Below, piece after piece: positions 13,323 through 25,831 of a stretch of 64,000 nt of DNA; the first letter of the stretch is position 1, and every line of letters starts with the position of its first letter. Position numbers and translations under genes: made by a program. The DNA comes from Takakia lepidozioides (taxonomy: Eukaryota > Plantae > Bryophyta): contig CM060731.1 of assembly GCA_030704615.1 (NCBI GenBank), forward strand, positions 40,610,001 through 40,674,000, in the 5' to 3' direction. A model generated the notes under the pieces. The model searched no databases. It saw nothing but the letters and a program-made list of their open reading frames with translations, and had not been told where the DNA came from.

Positions 13323-15812
13323 TTACTCCTGAGCAAACTCCTGAAGATCTTTGTAGTCAAAAGAGGGAGGTGGCTCTGGGCCAAATGTATCCCACGGTGA
13401 CTCGATAAAGAACAAGCGCCGTTGCCTGTTTCTCAGAATCGGCACCTGCATCCCTCCCAAAGCTAGGGATATCATAAACATCCAAAGGTTGCTTCAATGT
13501 AATATCACATGCACAATTATCACAAACCACTATGGCAAAGCCAAAGGAATTCCGAGCTCATTGGTTGCACAACAGACGAGCTGGTTGATCCTAATCATGT
13601 TGAATCTCATTACTTCTGAGCATCTTCAAGCAGGGCAGTAAGTAGTTGAATGGCAAGGAAATATGCTTTTGTCTGTAATCATAAAGGAGCGGTCATATTT
13701 AGAGGTAACCTATTTCATTCCAGCCAAAACGTTAAAGTCGACATGATTCATAGTGGAGGCGAGTAACAAATGGGAAGGAGTCATAGCAACCTGCTCCCAC
13801 GTCAGGGACATGCGGATCTGCTCTAGCCGCTTCCGATTTCTGCCATTGTCTTGATAATCACTTGCGCGTGATGCAGCCCTTATGTTCACTGTAGCATCCA
13901 CTGCTGGCACACTGAACAGGAACTCCACATCATCCATTTCACCATCTTCTCCTGTAAAAATTGCGTATATGTACCTGTTGTCCATTACAAGCATCACTTA
14001 ACCATAATGCTCCTCTTACTTTCGGCCGGGTAGAAACTAGTAACCATCTGTTTCACAAACTCGCAGAGCCATAAGAATAACCTAGGCATCACTAGAATGA
14101 TAGTTGAATCAAGTTTCATAGCTTACGAGATATCTGTCCAAGGGTTGCACAAGTGTAAATGTGTTTGAAACCGCCAGTAACACTGGTGCATCTACCAGAG
14201 TAATTTGCGATGGCGGGCAAGAACATCAATTGGATGAAGAGGAGCGCAACCGGGTATGCAGCTAGCTTATATGCACATACACCAGGACGTTGTTCCAGGG
14301 AGATAAAACGTACCTCTCACCTTGATCTTTAATGGTGGCACCACGACGGAGTAGCAGTTCCCTCAACTCCTCGATGGCCGCAGGCAGCTTACCAGGAAAT
14401 TCCCATGGTGCAACAAAGAACATCGGCCTGAAGACCCACCCAATTTGAACAAATCAATCATAGTACTAAGAATGTGGCATATGCTCTTTAATTCTTGACA
14501 GAAACAGTGAGCAAAACAATTGAATTCTACTCCCAGTAAGCTTCGAATAACACAGAGAATATCATAGACCTCACTCAGACCTCCTCAGCCTTCAGAAGTC
14601 CCTGGCAATATTCAGTCTGTTACTGTAAAACCTTACCCAACAGCTGCATTGAATAGGTAGTTAAACAGTAAGCTGGAATTGAGGGACATGTGGTCCGAAG
14701 CTCCTTGATTGCTCGCTTAAACTTCCACTGCCTCCCATCCCACTTCGAATTATCAGAATCAATGATTTATTCCCAGATTCCCACTGTTTACGTCTTCAGA
14801 GTGTCTCTGCCTCCGTTTGAGGTTTAGGCCCAGTACATTTATCAGTCTGTCTTCCTTGTTAAGGCACTGCAAGTTGACACGACCGATCATGGAGCAGAAG
14901 CGTATCCGGAAATTCCAGCTGCTTGTAGAGTACTCAATTCAGCTGTGGAACACAATGCAAATCGATACTGCAAACTTTCCCTCATGAAATTCAATCTTTT
15001 ATGTCCGGAGTGGGCTCACCGAAATTCGTTATGTAATAGCTTGGTGCGATTAAGTTAAACACTGAATCTGTTGAAAGTTCTGAGTAAGAGGTAGGGGAGA
15101 GATTTGAAATCAGTGCAGGAAACCTGTCATCAAAGGAAGACACGCAGTTCCGAGTAGCACTGCAAGCGCCCAGGGTGTCATCGACAACACCAATGCATGT
15201 CGCACAGCTGCCTCTGGCGGGCTCCGACTGCTCCTTCACTCGCTCCCATGGAAAATTCGCTGCCACTAAATTGCCAAAGGATGTCGCACTCGCACCTTCA
15301 GAAATGCCAATCACAATACTCAAACTTATCAGAATAGCGGAGGTCCTGCACACAATCCACATTTTCCTCTGCATCCGTTCGGGAAATTTCTCTGCCACGT
15401 GAATTTCTGGGCGGCATCTCAGCACTAACCTCTCACTTCCACTGTGACACCGCGGAGCCAGTGTAAATCTTTGTACTGTCTTCACAAGGATTGAACCACT
15501 TGTTCCTGAACTACTAGCTGCTCTCCCAGTGCAGTGCTTTCCATCTCCACATGAATTTGCTGATGTGGTTGAGGTAACCCGACCGAAAAAGATTCTACGA
15601 GACAGATCAAATTTGCAACGCGTGACAGAGTACCAACAAATGTAAGATTGCAGGACGGGTCTGCGTACTGCTTGAGAGGTGGTGAAACCAAAACAAAAGC
15701 TCCCATCCATGCCTGCGAGAAACGAGCCTACAACCGCAGCGGACAACGTCGCAGCGACTACATTGTTGTCGCAGTGCAGTTCCAGCAAACGGTATGAACA
15801 CAACAATGACAT
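13323..15812 (-). CDS. DUF1499-family protein, probably plastid/thylakoid targeted; start codon uncertain (15812 or 15710)
   Basis: Exons end at 15124, then 14427-14314, 13974-13792, 13445-13323. They give LGACSATRNCVSSFDDRPMFFVAPWEF...RYIYAIF...MDDVEFLF...VNIRAASR...DNGRNRKRLEQIR, typical DUF1499 motifs. The long S/T/R-rich N-terminus with a hydrophobic stretch resembles a transit peptide. Confidence 0.85.
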
Positions 15813-16842
15813 CTGCGCAATCCGCCATAGCTTTTCTCCCTCAGCATCACTCAACCCATTATCCACCACACATCCCCCATCTACCACACAAATGCAAGCG
15901 CTCCGTGATATAAAGCCCAAGAACTGCGAATTGGAGATATCGAACTCCAGACCTCTCACATCTCCTTGAATTCTAAATAAAAAACAATTCCAATCAAATT
16001 ACTAAACATCGACTGAAGTTGACCAAAACGATTCCTCATCCCAAGAAAAAAAAAAGTACTAAGAGAGAAGACATCACAGAAGTAGAAATCTAGCGTTTGA
16101 GCCCGAGATTTTTTGAAGTTGAGGTGAGCTTTCACTTTCCGATCTAAGTTTTCTTGTTCTCATGCCCAACTCATCCCGCTGCTTCTGAGAAGGCCAAGAG
16201 CTGTCCGAGGCTCAGAGTGAGCACCGATAGAGCAAAGAGTGTCAAAGGTGGAGAGCGGTTATCTGTTTTCTGCGGCAAACATCGCCATCAACAGAACCCA
16301 GGGTTTTGTTATGGGCATTCAGTTGATAAAACACAACAAATTCTGCACAAAGTAGCTCGGAGGCATGCTTGACTCCCACATCATGTGCCAAGAGTGAGCA
16401 CCTGAGAGTATCCCAGACATGATTTATTACAAGTTTTTGCTTGAACAGTATTTTCAACAGTCGAGTATGATACAAAGTGGTCTGCACATGAGGTACTGTG
16501 CACAGAAGATCAAGAATGTTGTAGTGTTCTACATGAATGATGGTTTCAATGTGAAGAATGCCGGCCGGTGTGCACGGTAAGAGAATTACTAGCGCATGTA
16601 TTATCACACGCTATTTACCCTCTGCTCCTTGAACTTCTCCCGATCCTATACTCCATGTGGAGCTCGCTAATTCTCTGCTTGAATCTACTAGCTAACTGGT
16701 TTAACTATCAATTGTCGACATCTCATATTCTTTTCAGCTGTTCGATCTCTATCGGTTCAGCTTGACTATGTGGGATGATCAGATATGATCAACTAAGTTC
16801 TGATTGCACAGGTCAAGCCAGAGACCTGCCCATCTACTAATG

Positions 16843-18867
16843 CTATAGGGAAGTATGGTCACAAGGAATGCTACAGCAACAATGCTCATCTAACTTTCTT
16901 CGCTTATGTGCTGCCGCTGAAGCCAGGCAAACACTTGGACTTGACTCTGGAGATCCCGTGGTATCACCACTGGCACAACTACTAAGAGATGCTGCCTCCA
17001 GTACTCCGACAGGGCTCTGAGGTTCCCATGAGCAGCGAAGAACCTTCCTTTTCCCTGGCGCCCGCCAGCAATAACGATCTGCCAATAGCTCCTGTATGTC
17101 TTGGTAACAGATTCTTACCGTTTTCTGTATGACAGGCCAAATGGAGTGTCAGCGCCAGCAGAAGCAATGGGGGCATATATCGAACGATTCTTATGAAACA
17201 TGCACGGTCAATCTTTCCTGAAGTATCCGAATTATACTCCATTTATCTAGGCCCAGGATTATTTCTCACCTCCTCAACGGAGAGATCAGCAAATACGCCA
17301 TGAAGGTCGGCAGCTTGTAGAGCCGTAGCTTCTTCTAGAGAGCAGATGATGGCTGCCGCCGCTATTGCAGAAGGTCGGTATACAAGAAACAGAGTTTCTG
17401 CAATTACACAGATCGTGCCCTTGATTTCAGTACCGTGAAATCTTTGCATACACATCAGTTGACAAACACACACTTCACAAGGAGATCAGGTCAAGAACTT
17501 GGGACACGATTACAAAAGGATGCCGTATGTACAATCCTAGATATGGCAGGAACTCACCCTTCATCGTTCCTAGAATGAGCTCACTGACTCGTGGTAAAAG
17601 TGCTCGCAGCAGCACGTTGCTAATTCCGAGCTTGTGAAAATAATAGTCAACGTAGGAGAATGGTGTAACAGAGCTCATTCGCCACTCCAATGTGGACAAT
17701 ACAAGAAGCTCCATTCTTTGAATTGTATGTGCCTCAAATATATGTTCGACCTCCTCGACCTGACAATGTGTATTGATCAGCGTTAGAAAACACGACAAAA
17801 TGGAAAAACCATGGCTAGTTCTTAAGCTAATCTAGTTCTAACCTTCTTTCCTTGGAAGGGAAACTTTTCTAGACAATGAGTCCTGAGAACAGATTCTCAC
17901 ATGTAAGTCAAGGAGTTGCGGTACTTCTGTTTCCTCCATTTTAGCAGCCAAAGATATGCACGCAATAGACAAGAGTTGATGCATCCAGGCCTTTCCTTTC
18001 TGCATAAGGGACGATCAAAGAGGTGAGTACACATCTTACTCAAAGATACTAGTTAAGAAGAGGAATCGCAGACATGCACCCGGGCTTAAACATCACAGAA
18101 ACGGACAGAAAAAATCAGGCTGGAGGTACAAAAAGCCTCGCAAAAAGCTAGTGTGCAAAAGACTTTCAAGACGTCCGAGCACTTGGATTAGAACCAACTC
18201 ATTACCGGCAGATGATAGCGGGACATGAACCGATCCATGTAATTTATAGCGAGGGCCGCAGTCAAGGGACCAAAATTGTAGTACGCTTGCACCTGCCATC
18301 AAGCAAACTTCAACTTGTCAAAATCCCAGATTGAAAGCTCCCGAGTCCAACAACATGGTGCAGGAGCCGACGGCAGGAAGCAATAGACTGTCTGGAAAGT
18401 TAACTCGCAAACGGCCGAGGTGACTGGTCAATGCTCAAGTGTAATCTGCACGGATCTGGCTTGTACAGATCAAATTACAAAGGGACAGTCAAAAGAAGAT
18501 CGATTTAGAAGATAATATGATTGATATCGAGTTTATTAGCAAGGTGACCAATCTGCCAGGAGCACGTATCCAGGTGATGGAAACTGAGAACGACCTTGAG
18601 CATCCAGGTGATAGCATTTTGACGAGCTCCAGCATTAAGGCCACGGCCATGAAATCTCTCCGAATAGCCTTCTTCAGGCATATACCGCGCCTCTTTCTGC
18701 AGCAGAGTTGCTATGGCTTCTTCATCATCGACGGGAAAATCCAGAAACACGGCAGGATGGCAATCGTTCACAGGTTGTGCCGCAAGGTAGTCATCATCAT
18801 TCCACGCACTTCCACTCCCATCCTCAGCGCAGTAGAGGCTTCTATTGCAATCAAAGCTGGACGCCAT
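16843..18867 (-). CDS. CYCD: D-type cyclin
   Basis: LxCxE RB-binding motif (LYCAE); cyclin box [68 protein letters not shown]; C-terminal [11 protein letters not shown] and KRRKL. Exons 18867-18595, 18292-18206, 17999-17901, 17759-17558, 17397-17270, 17124-16843. Confidence 0.95.
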
Positions 18868-19387
18868 TCCTCAGGATGACTCCCCTCCGACAGCCTCTCC
18901 ACCAATTCATTCGTGCCACTAGACCGCACCAATTGCCAAAGATCCAGCTTAAATATTCACCTGAGCTGCCGATGCTCATCAGTATGAGTGGCAAGCGCCG
19001 CAGCTGTAGCGCCCCGTCGCTGGGGACGTGCGAGCGCACCGTAACAAAACGCGTGCTGCAGCATTGAGGCGAGACATTCTCGGTGGAGAGAGAGATCCTA
19101 TGGGCCCCACCGAAGTAGCATTACGGGACGCGTTTTTGTTGCTTTGCAAATAGTGAAGGCCCACTTTACCCTAAGAGGCCAACTTAAGTGTCCCCCAAAC
19201 CGGCCACTCCAGTGACCTTTCGGTTGCACCCCAGAATAACGTGCCCAAGTGACACTATTTTTCCACTTGGGGACAGTTACACCCGTTTGTACAGTCACCC
19301 CACTTGGCTCTTTTTATAAAGCTATGCAGGATTTAGAGAGAGAGAGAGGAGGAAAAGAGACCTCCTCCTGAAAAATGGCTGCTCATA

Positions 19388-19757
19388 GAGTTATCCGGAA
19401 AGTGAGCCTGAGTTTGGTACCCTGTTTGGAGATACGGGTTTCATCCTGAGTTTGAGTAAATCCGTAAAGTGCAGAAAATTGGGCATGAAGTCAGAAAAGA
19501 GGGCACCAAATCATAAACTGGGGATGAGGGCAACGGCTGCTTTGCGAGCTCGCGAGCTCTGACTGCATCCGCCTCGACGTCAAACAAAACTCGGGTCCAA
19601 ACTCCTGCCACCCCCATTTTCCTAGTCCTGGCAGTTTGGTCCAGTTAGTCGTGTTTAGTCTAGTCGTACCGCTTGATCCTAAGTTTCGAGTCTCATGCCC
19701 AGTTTTGGCCAAACTCAGGGTTCTCATGCCAAGTTTGGGGCCCTTTACGGATAACTC
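19388..19757. mobile_element. MITE, ~370 bp, TA target duplication (Tc1/mariner-Stowaway-like)
   Basis: TA|GAGTTATCCGGAAAG...CTTTACGGATAACTC|TA (14/15 TIR match); internal ctgagtttg and ggcatga subrepeats; no coding capacity. Confidence 0.75.
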
Positions 19758-19859
19758 TATTGTCCAGACTTGATTAAAACCTATACAGCTTTATTTACAG
19801 GAAACATGAGGTATTTGAACAGACAACCCAACAAAGAAGGGAGGAAAGGGAAGTGAACT

Positions 19860-20950
19860 AAATTAAACTATTCAAACTTCTTAGTCAGCCCAACCTAGTC
19901 ATCCCAACCTACTGCCTGAAGTAGGTCGGAGGGCAACATGGGTGTAACGTGAGATGTGGGATGAAGTCGATCCTGCCCGATGTAAAATGACCATTGCTTG
20001 AGTTCTCTGTAATGCAACGGCCATTTTTTGTCTGTAAAAGGCCACAAGAATGGAGGCATAAGGAATGCCCATGGTCTTGTTTTGGGCCGCTTGATGGGCA
20101 CATGAATGAAGTAGGTCATCAAACTGGCAATGGAGACAACCGAATATCTCTACAGCCAAGGGGATGAAAGTGTCGGTAAGATGTCTGTCCCGATAGCCGC
20201 GTTCCTTAACTTGAGCAGCAACCAAAGCCGCAGAGCCCTGAGAGGATGCCGAACGTGAAAGTAGGTTGGATCGGCAATGACAACATCGGCTAGGGTGTGA
20301 AGACCATCTTTGGACAGGATGATGTCGACACGTAGTCGTGTGGACTGAAGAGTATAAGAAGGGAGGACATGAGATTGCTCTTGCATGACATGGAAACCAG
20401 CCTCTCGCGTAATCGATGTGACAGCGTCTCAGACAACGTCATGGGTGGCGGTGCGATCTCCCCTAGTACATGGACATCGAAGGGGTGGATAGCAAGTGTG
20501 TCGATAGGCTGCTGGCAAACACAATGTCGTAGACCTAACACAAAAGATGCAGTAGCCCAAGTCGCAAACGAAGAGCCGTGGCAAAGATGGGTGATGACAA
20601 GCGAAAAGGGGTGATGGTGGGTCGAGCTGTCAGCCATGTGCCTGCACCTTGCCCTGCACAAGATAGAAGCATGGCACAATGCACATCAAAGAAAGAGCTA
20701 CTGGAAAGCATGCCGGAGAAGGAGTGTCGGTGCACGCGGTCAATTAGAGTCTCATGTACGTGATCAATGCCTTGGGCAAGCAACTGCTCGAATGGAGCTG
20801 GAAGATGCTGTCGCGACCCTTTGCCTTGAGGGCAAGGGGTCGAGACACAGAGGGGCTGCCCCTGTGGTGGGGGCGGTGGCAGCAATAGGTACGGGGGGCT
20901 GAAGCACCCTTGAGTGCCCAAGGCACTCAAGGAGGCAGAGGCACTCACTA
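19860..20950 (-). mobile_element. Degenerate 3' part of a CRE-like non-LTR retrotransposon (Zn knuckle plus restriction-like endonuclease)
   Basis: AGTWLTARP...FATALRLRLGL, CVCQQPID...H, LRVDIIL...LADVVIADPT, AAQVKERGY...FIPLAVEIFG...VALQR. This motif order fits RLE-bearing non-LTR elements; frameshifted. Confidence 0.7.
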
Positions 20951-21202
20951 GGTGGAGCCCCGCACAACGGGTTGCGGTGGGGGTGGCTCCACAAGGGGTG
21001 GTGGTAGCTTAGTGGGACTGGGACTTAGTGGGGGTGGCATCGGACTCACCATGGGGCGGAGACCTTGTGGTGGGAGTCGTGGGGAGTCTTGGGACTCATC
21101 ACGGTCCAATGGGACCGTGGTGGGTGGGCCAAGACTCACCGCGACTCATCACCAAGAATCGAGGGTCTTTGTGGTGGTTCGCCATAAAATGGCATGGTTG
21201 TT

Positions 21203-21539
21203 TGTGAAACCCCCGCGGACAGTCAAAGAAGTATATATAGATAGTAGTAACCCCGAGAACGGTGCAAGGCCGTTGGTGACCAAAAACTAGTGAGTAAGCT
21301 AGTGAGCCGAAAAGCGACCAAGGAGTGGGGAGCTATTCCGGACTGCCATCTACCAAAGGGATATTCCACTAGGCCCAAATTGGTGGAGGGTCTAAAGGAA
21401 GAGTAAAGGAGGACCGTTATGTCCCGATGAGCAGCCGAAGCTCCGAGTTGGCCCGGCGGCCAAGTTGGGAGTTAGGCGCGCGCATCGAAGCGAGTAACTA
21501 TGACTTGAAGGGGAGCTTACCGAAGGGAGGTGCGTGACA
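21203..21539 (+). repeat. Putative 5' LTR of the chromovirus (left boundary tentative)
   Basis: tgtgaaacccc...gtgcgtgaca just before the PBS; TATA-like gtatatatag at 21231. No partner LTR in the window. Confidence 0.55.
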
Positions 21540-24500
21540 CTTGGTATCAGAGCTTAGAGTTCAGTACGCAAACGTCCTTGGGATCGACCTCATCATGGGG
21601 TCGGGCAAGCCAAAGCGAAAGCGGAACGGCCTGAAAGATGATGATCCTGGTGAGCCCGATGGAGGCGACGTGTCACCGAAGCGGCCATTTGAGGAAGCGA
21701 TGCATGCTTTTGAAAGCGAGGCCGCTCAAGAACGGGAGGAATCTGAGGAGTCGGAGCCCGAGGAATTCATGAGAGCTCCGACAGACCAACAGATGTCTCC
21801 CATGCCAGCAGCCTTTTGGGAAGGGTTATTGGCGCAGTTTGGCGGGACGTTGAAGGACGTTGAAGGCGGCTAATGCCACTTCCACTAAGGCAAAGTTTAA
21901 GGTGAAGCCTAAGGAACCCGGCACCTTCGAGGGCGCCCGAAATCGGAAGGCACTCAACACCTGGCTCTTGGAGCTAGAGCAGTACTTCCGGGCGGCCAAG
22001 TTGAGTGACGAGGATTGAGTGGAAGTGGCTCCCACCTATTTGAGGGGCTAAGCTCAACAATGGTGGCAGAAACGCCTTCATGACCAAGGTCCAAACACAG
22101 AAACCTTGAGCTGGAGTGGATTCAAGGAACTTATGAAGAGACAGTTTGTGCCCCTCAACGCGTTTTGGCTCGCCCGGGACAAGATGAGGAATTTGAAGCA
22201 AACTGATGACATTCGGGGATATGTTCAGGCTTTCAATGTATTGTTGCTCGAAGTCGTGGACATGGCAGAACTAGAAATGGTCTTCAACTTTGTGGCGGGA
22301 TTGGCCCCATGGGCTAGGCGAAAGTTGGAGGAGAAGCCACCTAAGACTTTGAACGAGGCCATTGAAAGGGCCAAATGTTTCTCGGATGTCCTTAGGGGCG
22401 AAAGACAAGGCCGTACGGAGCTGAACCACAAGAAGACCCGGCGGGAGGGTGACTCCTTTCGACCGGAAAAGAAGTGGGATAGGCCACGCGGCGTCAATGG
22501 CAGTGGAAATCGAAGGGAGGGCCTTCACACGCCAAGACGACATCCGGTGCTCTGAAAGGAAAATCATGTGCGACGGCTTATGGCGGACAAAAGGCGACCT
22601 TCGATGGAGTGTGATTTATTGCGGGGAGCCCGGGCACATGGCTAAGAAGTGCGTAAAACCCCGACAATTGAACATGACTTGGGCGACCACAGAGCTGTCA
22701 GAAGATTCCATCAGCCGCTTGGTGGAAGCGGTGGTCGCCAAGACTTGCAAGGTAGGCAACTACTCTTGTGAGTTGTATTAGGAAACTGGCGCCCTGCGTA
22801 AAGGGAGTCAGTTATTGTTCGTGAGTGGGATAATTTCCGGAACTAACGTGTCATTGTTGGTGGACACATGAGCGTCACACTCCTTCATGACACCGGCAAC
22901 GGCACGGAAGCTGGGACTCCCGACAAGCGATGTGGGGGCCTCTATTGAGGTGCGTTCTGCTAAAGGACAACCACAATTGGCGACGAGGTTGGCGTTCGAT
23001 GTTCCTCTTCAGCTCGGGAGTTGGGAGGGACCTGAGAACTTCACCATTTGCAAGATCGATGGAGTGGATCTCATTTTGGGGATGACCTTTTTGAGCAGAT
23101 CCGGAGCGGTCATAGATGGCCGAAAGAGAGTAGTCACGCTACCGTGTGGGAATGGTGGCAAAGTTTTACGGATGTCGAAAACGCCCAACCCCGTAGGAGG
23201 GCGAATAAACCTGCTTTCAGCAAGGGAGTGGGCCGTGGAGGAGTCACACGAGCCCCAGTTTTTGCTTTACGTAAAACAAGTGAAGGGAGAAGACGATTGG
23301 GGAGCCGAGCCCAGATTGGATCAAGGGGATTTTGGAGAAATGCTAGGATGTGATGCCGGAGGATTTACCAAGCGGCTTGCTACCGCGAAGGGGAGTTGAC
23401 CACAAGATTGAGGTGATATCGGGATCGGAGCCGCCTGCCAAGGCGCCCTACCGGTTGAGCCACAGAGAGTTGGTCGAGCTGAAGACTCAGCTCAAGGATC
23501 TAATGTCAAAGGGGTACATCCGGCCGAGTAAGTCACCTTACAGAGCCCCGGTGTTATGCGTAGACAAGAAGGATGGGACGTTGCGGATGTGTGTCGACTA
23601 CAGGGCTCTGAATAAGGTGACTATCAAGAACCGGTACCCTTTGCCAAGGATCGACGACCTCTTCGATCGGTTGGCAGGAGCAAAGTATTTCAGCCGGATC
23701 GATTTGCGCTCTGGCTACCATCAAATCCGAGTGGCGGAAGGAGATGAGGAGAAAACCGCGTGCAGGACAAGATATGGTTCGTATGAGTTCTTGGTGATGC
23801 CTTTTGGACTCACCAGCGCACCCGCGGCCTTTAGCACGCTAATGAACAGCCTTTTCCAGGAGTGGTTGGATGACTTTGTCATCGTGTACATCAATGACAT
23901 CCTGGTGTACTCGAAAACAAAAGAAGAGCACCTGGAGCACCTCAAAAGGGTGTTCCAGAAATTGCGGGAAGAGAGGTTGTATGCCAAAGCTTCAAAGTGC
24001 GAATTCGGGGTCACAAAAGTGGAGTTCCTAGGGCATGTGATTACACAGGATGGGATCAAAATGGATGACAGAAAGGTGAGGGCGATCTTGGACTGGGAAC
24101 CTCCAACTTCGGTCCCGGGAGTGTGAACCTTCCTAGGACTCGCCTCCTATTACCGAAAGTATATGAGAAATTTTGCCAAGATCACGGGGCCGCTGTCAGA
24201 CCTTCGGTGTAAATCCAAGGTATGGGTATGGAACACCTTTTGTGGCCAAACTTTTGCCGAGTTGAAGCAGCGGATGGCAGAAGCTCCAGTCTTGAAAATC
24301 CCGGAGTTCGACCGTCCGTTTGAGATTCATGCAGATGCGTCGGACTTTGCGATTGGGGGTGTACTTATGCAAGATGGACGTCCAGTGGCTTACGAAAGTA
24401 AGAAACTAAATGAAGTGAAGCGATGGTGGCCAACGCACGAGAAAGAGATGAAGGCAGTGGTGCATTGCCTTGAGCTTTGGCGTCACTATGGTGGTTTCCA

Positions 24501-24839
24501 ACCCGGTGAAGGTGTTCACGGACAATGTCATGGTGAAGTATTTTGCCACGCAGCCTAAGTTGTCCCCAAAACAACTTAGGTGGCAAGATACTTTGGCGGT
24601 GTTTGACGTGGATATCCAGTACAAACCGGGACGGGACAATGTGGGTGGCCGATGCTTTAAGTAGAAAGCAGCAGCTCATGTTGGTGTGCAGGGGCGAGAC
24701 GGCGCTCCAAAGGAAGATCCGGAAGGCTTACCGAAAGGATGAGATGGCAAAGTCCGTGATGCGGGACTTGAGGATGGGGGTTAAATCGTAGTTCCACTTG
24801 CAAAACGGACTGCTCCGGTACAAGCAAAAGCGTCTCTAC
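21203..24839 (+). mobile_element. Ty3/Gypsy chromovirus-type retrotransposon, 5' part (LTR-PBS-gag-PR-RT-RH-start of INT), pseudogenised and cut by a CACTA insertion
   Basis: PBS TGGTATCAGAGC 21542-21553; gag with knuckle remnant CGEPGHMAKKC; protease VDT*ASHSF; [29 protein letters not shown]...YINDIL; RH HADASDFAIGGVL. Several stops. Confidence 0.9.
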
Positions 24840-25831
24840 CACTACCAGAGAAACCGGTTTTTTTAACGGCTATTCTCACACATTTTGGTGTGAAAAGAGT
24901 TCAAGTTCACACCCCCCCCTGGTGTTAGGTTAACCCAGTCTTTTGCACCATATGAAACTTTCTTGGTCCTGTGAAAAAACCATCTCACACCAAACTTCAC
25001 CTGAGTGGCTGTAGGTTTAGGTGGCTCTTTTGATGACGGATATTTTGACGGCCGTTTGACTGTCAGTTCAACTAGTATTTTGACTAAGTAATCTTAATGG
25101 TCTTCTACTGTTATTACTATTTACACCTCGTTGCCACCATGTCTGCCACATGTATGTAAAAGGGAATGCCACGTAGTAGAGTCCATCAGAATTATTAAAT
25201 AAATAATAGATATTAAGGGCTCTTCTTACGGCTTCTCTCACACAGATTTAACACCAGTTCAAATCGTGTGTGAACGCAATGACACTAGTGTGAATACTGT
25301 CACATCCACTGTTCTGTTCCTATTGGACGAAAAGTAAACAATTATTATTTATTAACAAATGCTAAAATGAATAGTCATATTATTGTTGTTGTTGTTGTAT
25401 AGATATTCTCATAATAAATGGGATAGCACCCGAAAGCCATTGGCTGCTTGATTTAATATTTAATATATAATAATTTTTATTTGTTTTGTTTCATTTAAAT
25501 AAAAGCTTATTTAAAATAGGGGATAATATTTGTATTATTAACCACATTGACCTGTAGTAATGTTATTAATATTAAATATAGCAAACAACCAACAAAATAC
25601 CACATTCATGTCTACACAAGGAAAATTTGGCTTGATGTGGGAAAATGAAGTTGCCCTTGAACAAGGGATCTTGTGATCATACATGAGAATAGCAAGAGCA
25701 TCAATTCAAAAAATACGGTTCACATGAGAAGAGCTGTTTTGTTTACCTGGCTCAGCAACCCTCAATCCATAAAGAAAACTAAACTAAACTAAACTTGTAG
25801 CACCTTCAATATCACGCGTGTTTAAGAAACT
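24840..25831 (+). mobile_element. CACTA (En/Spm) left end
   Basis: Chromovirus integrase coding stops abruptly at CACTACCAGAGAAACC, followed by tcacac/gtgtga subterminal motifs and AT-rich sequence. Confidence 0.7.

Noticed and set aside
15813-15959. N-terminal extension of the DUF1499 ORF as given in the ORF track
   Set aside because: It begins at GTG; the first in-frame ATG is at 15812.
16680-16810. miRNA-like hairpin downstream of cyclin D
   Set aside because: Pairing is short and interrupted; it cannot be supported without folding or small-RNA data.
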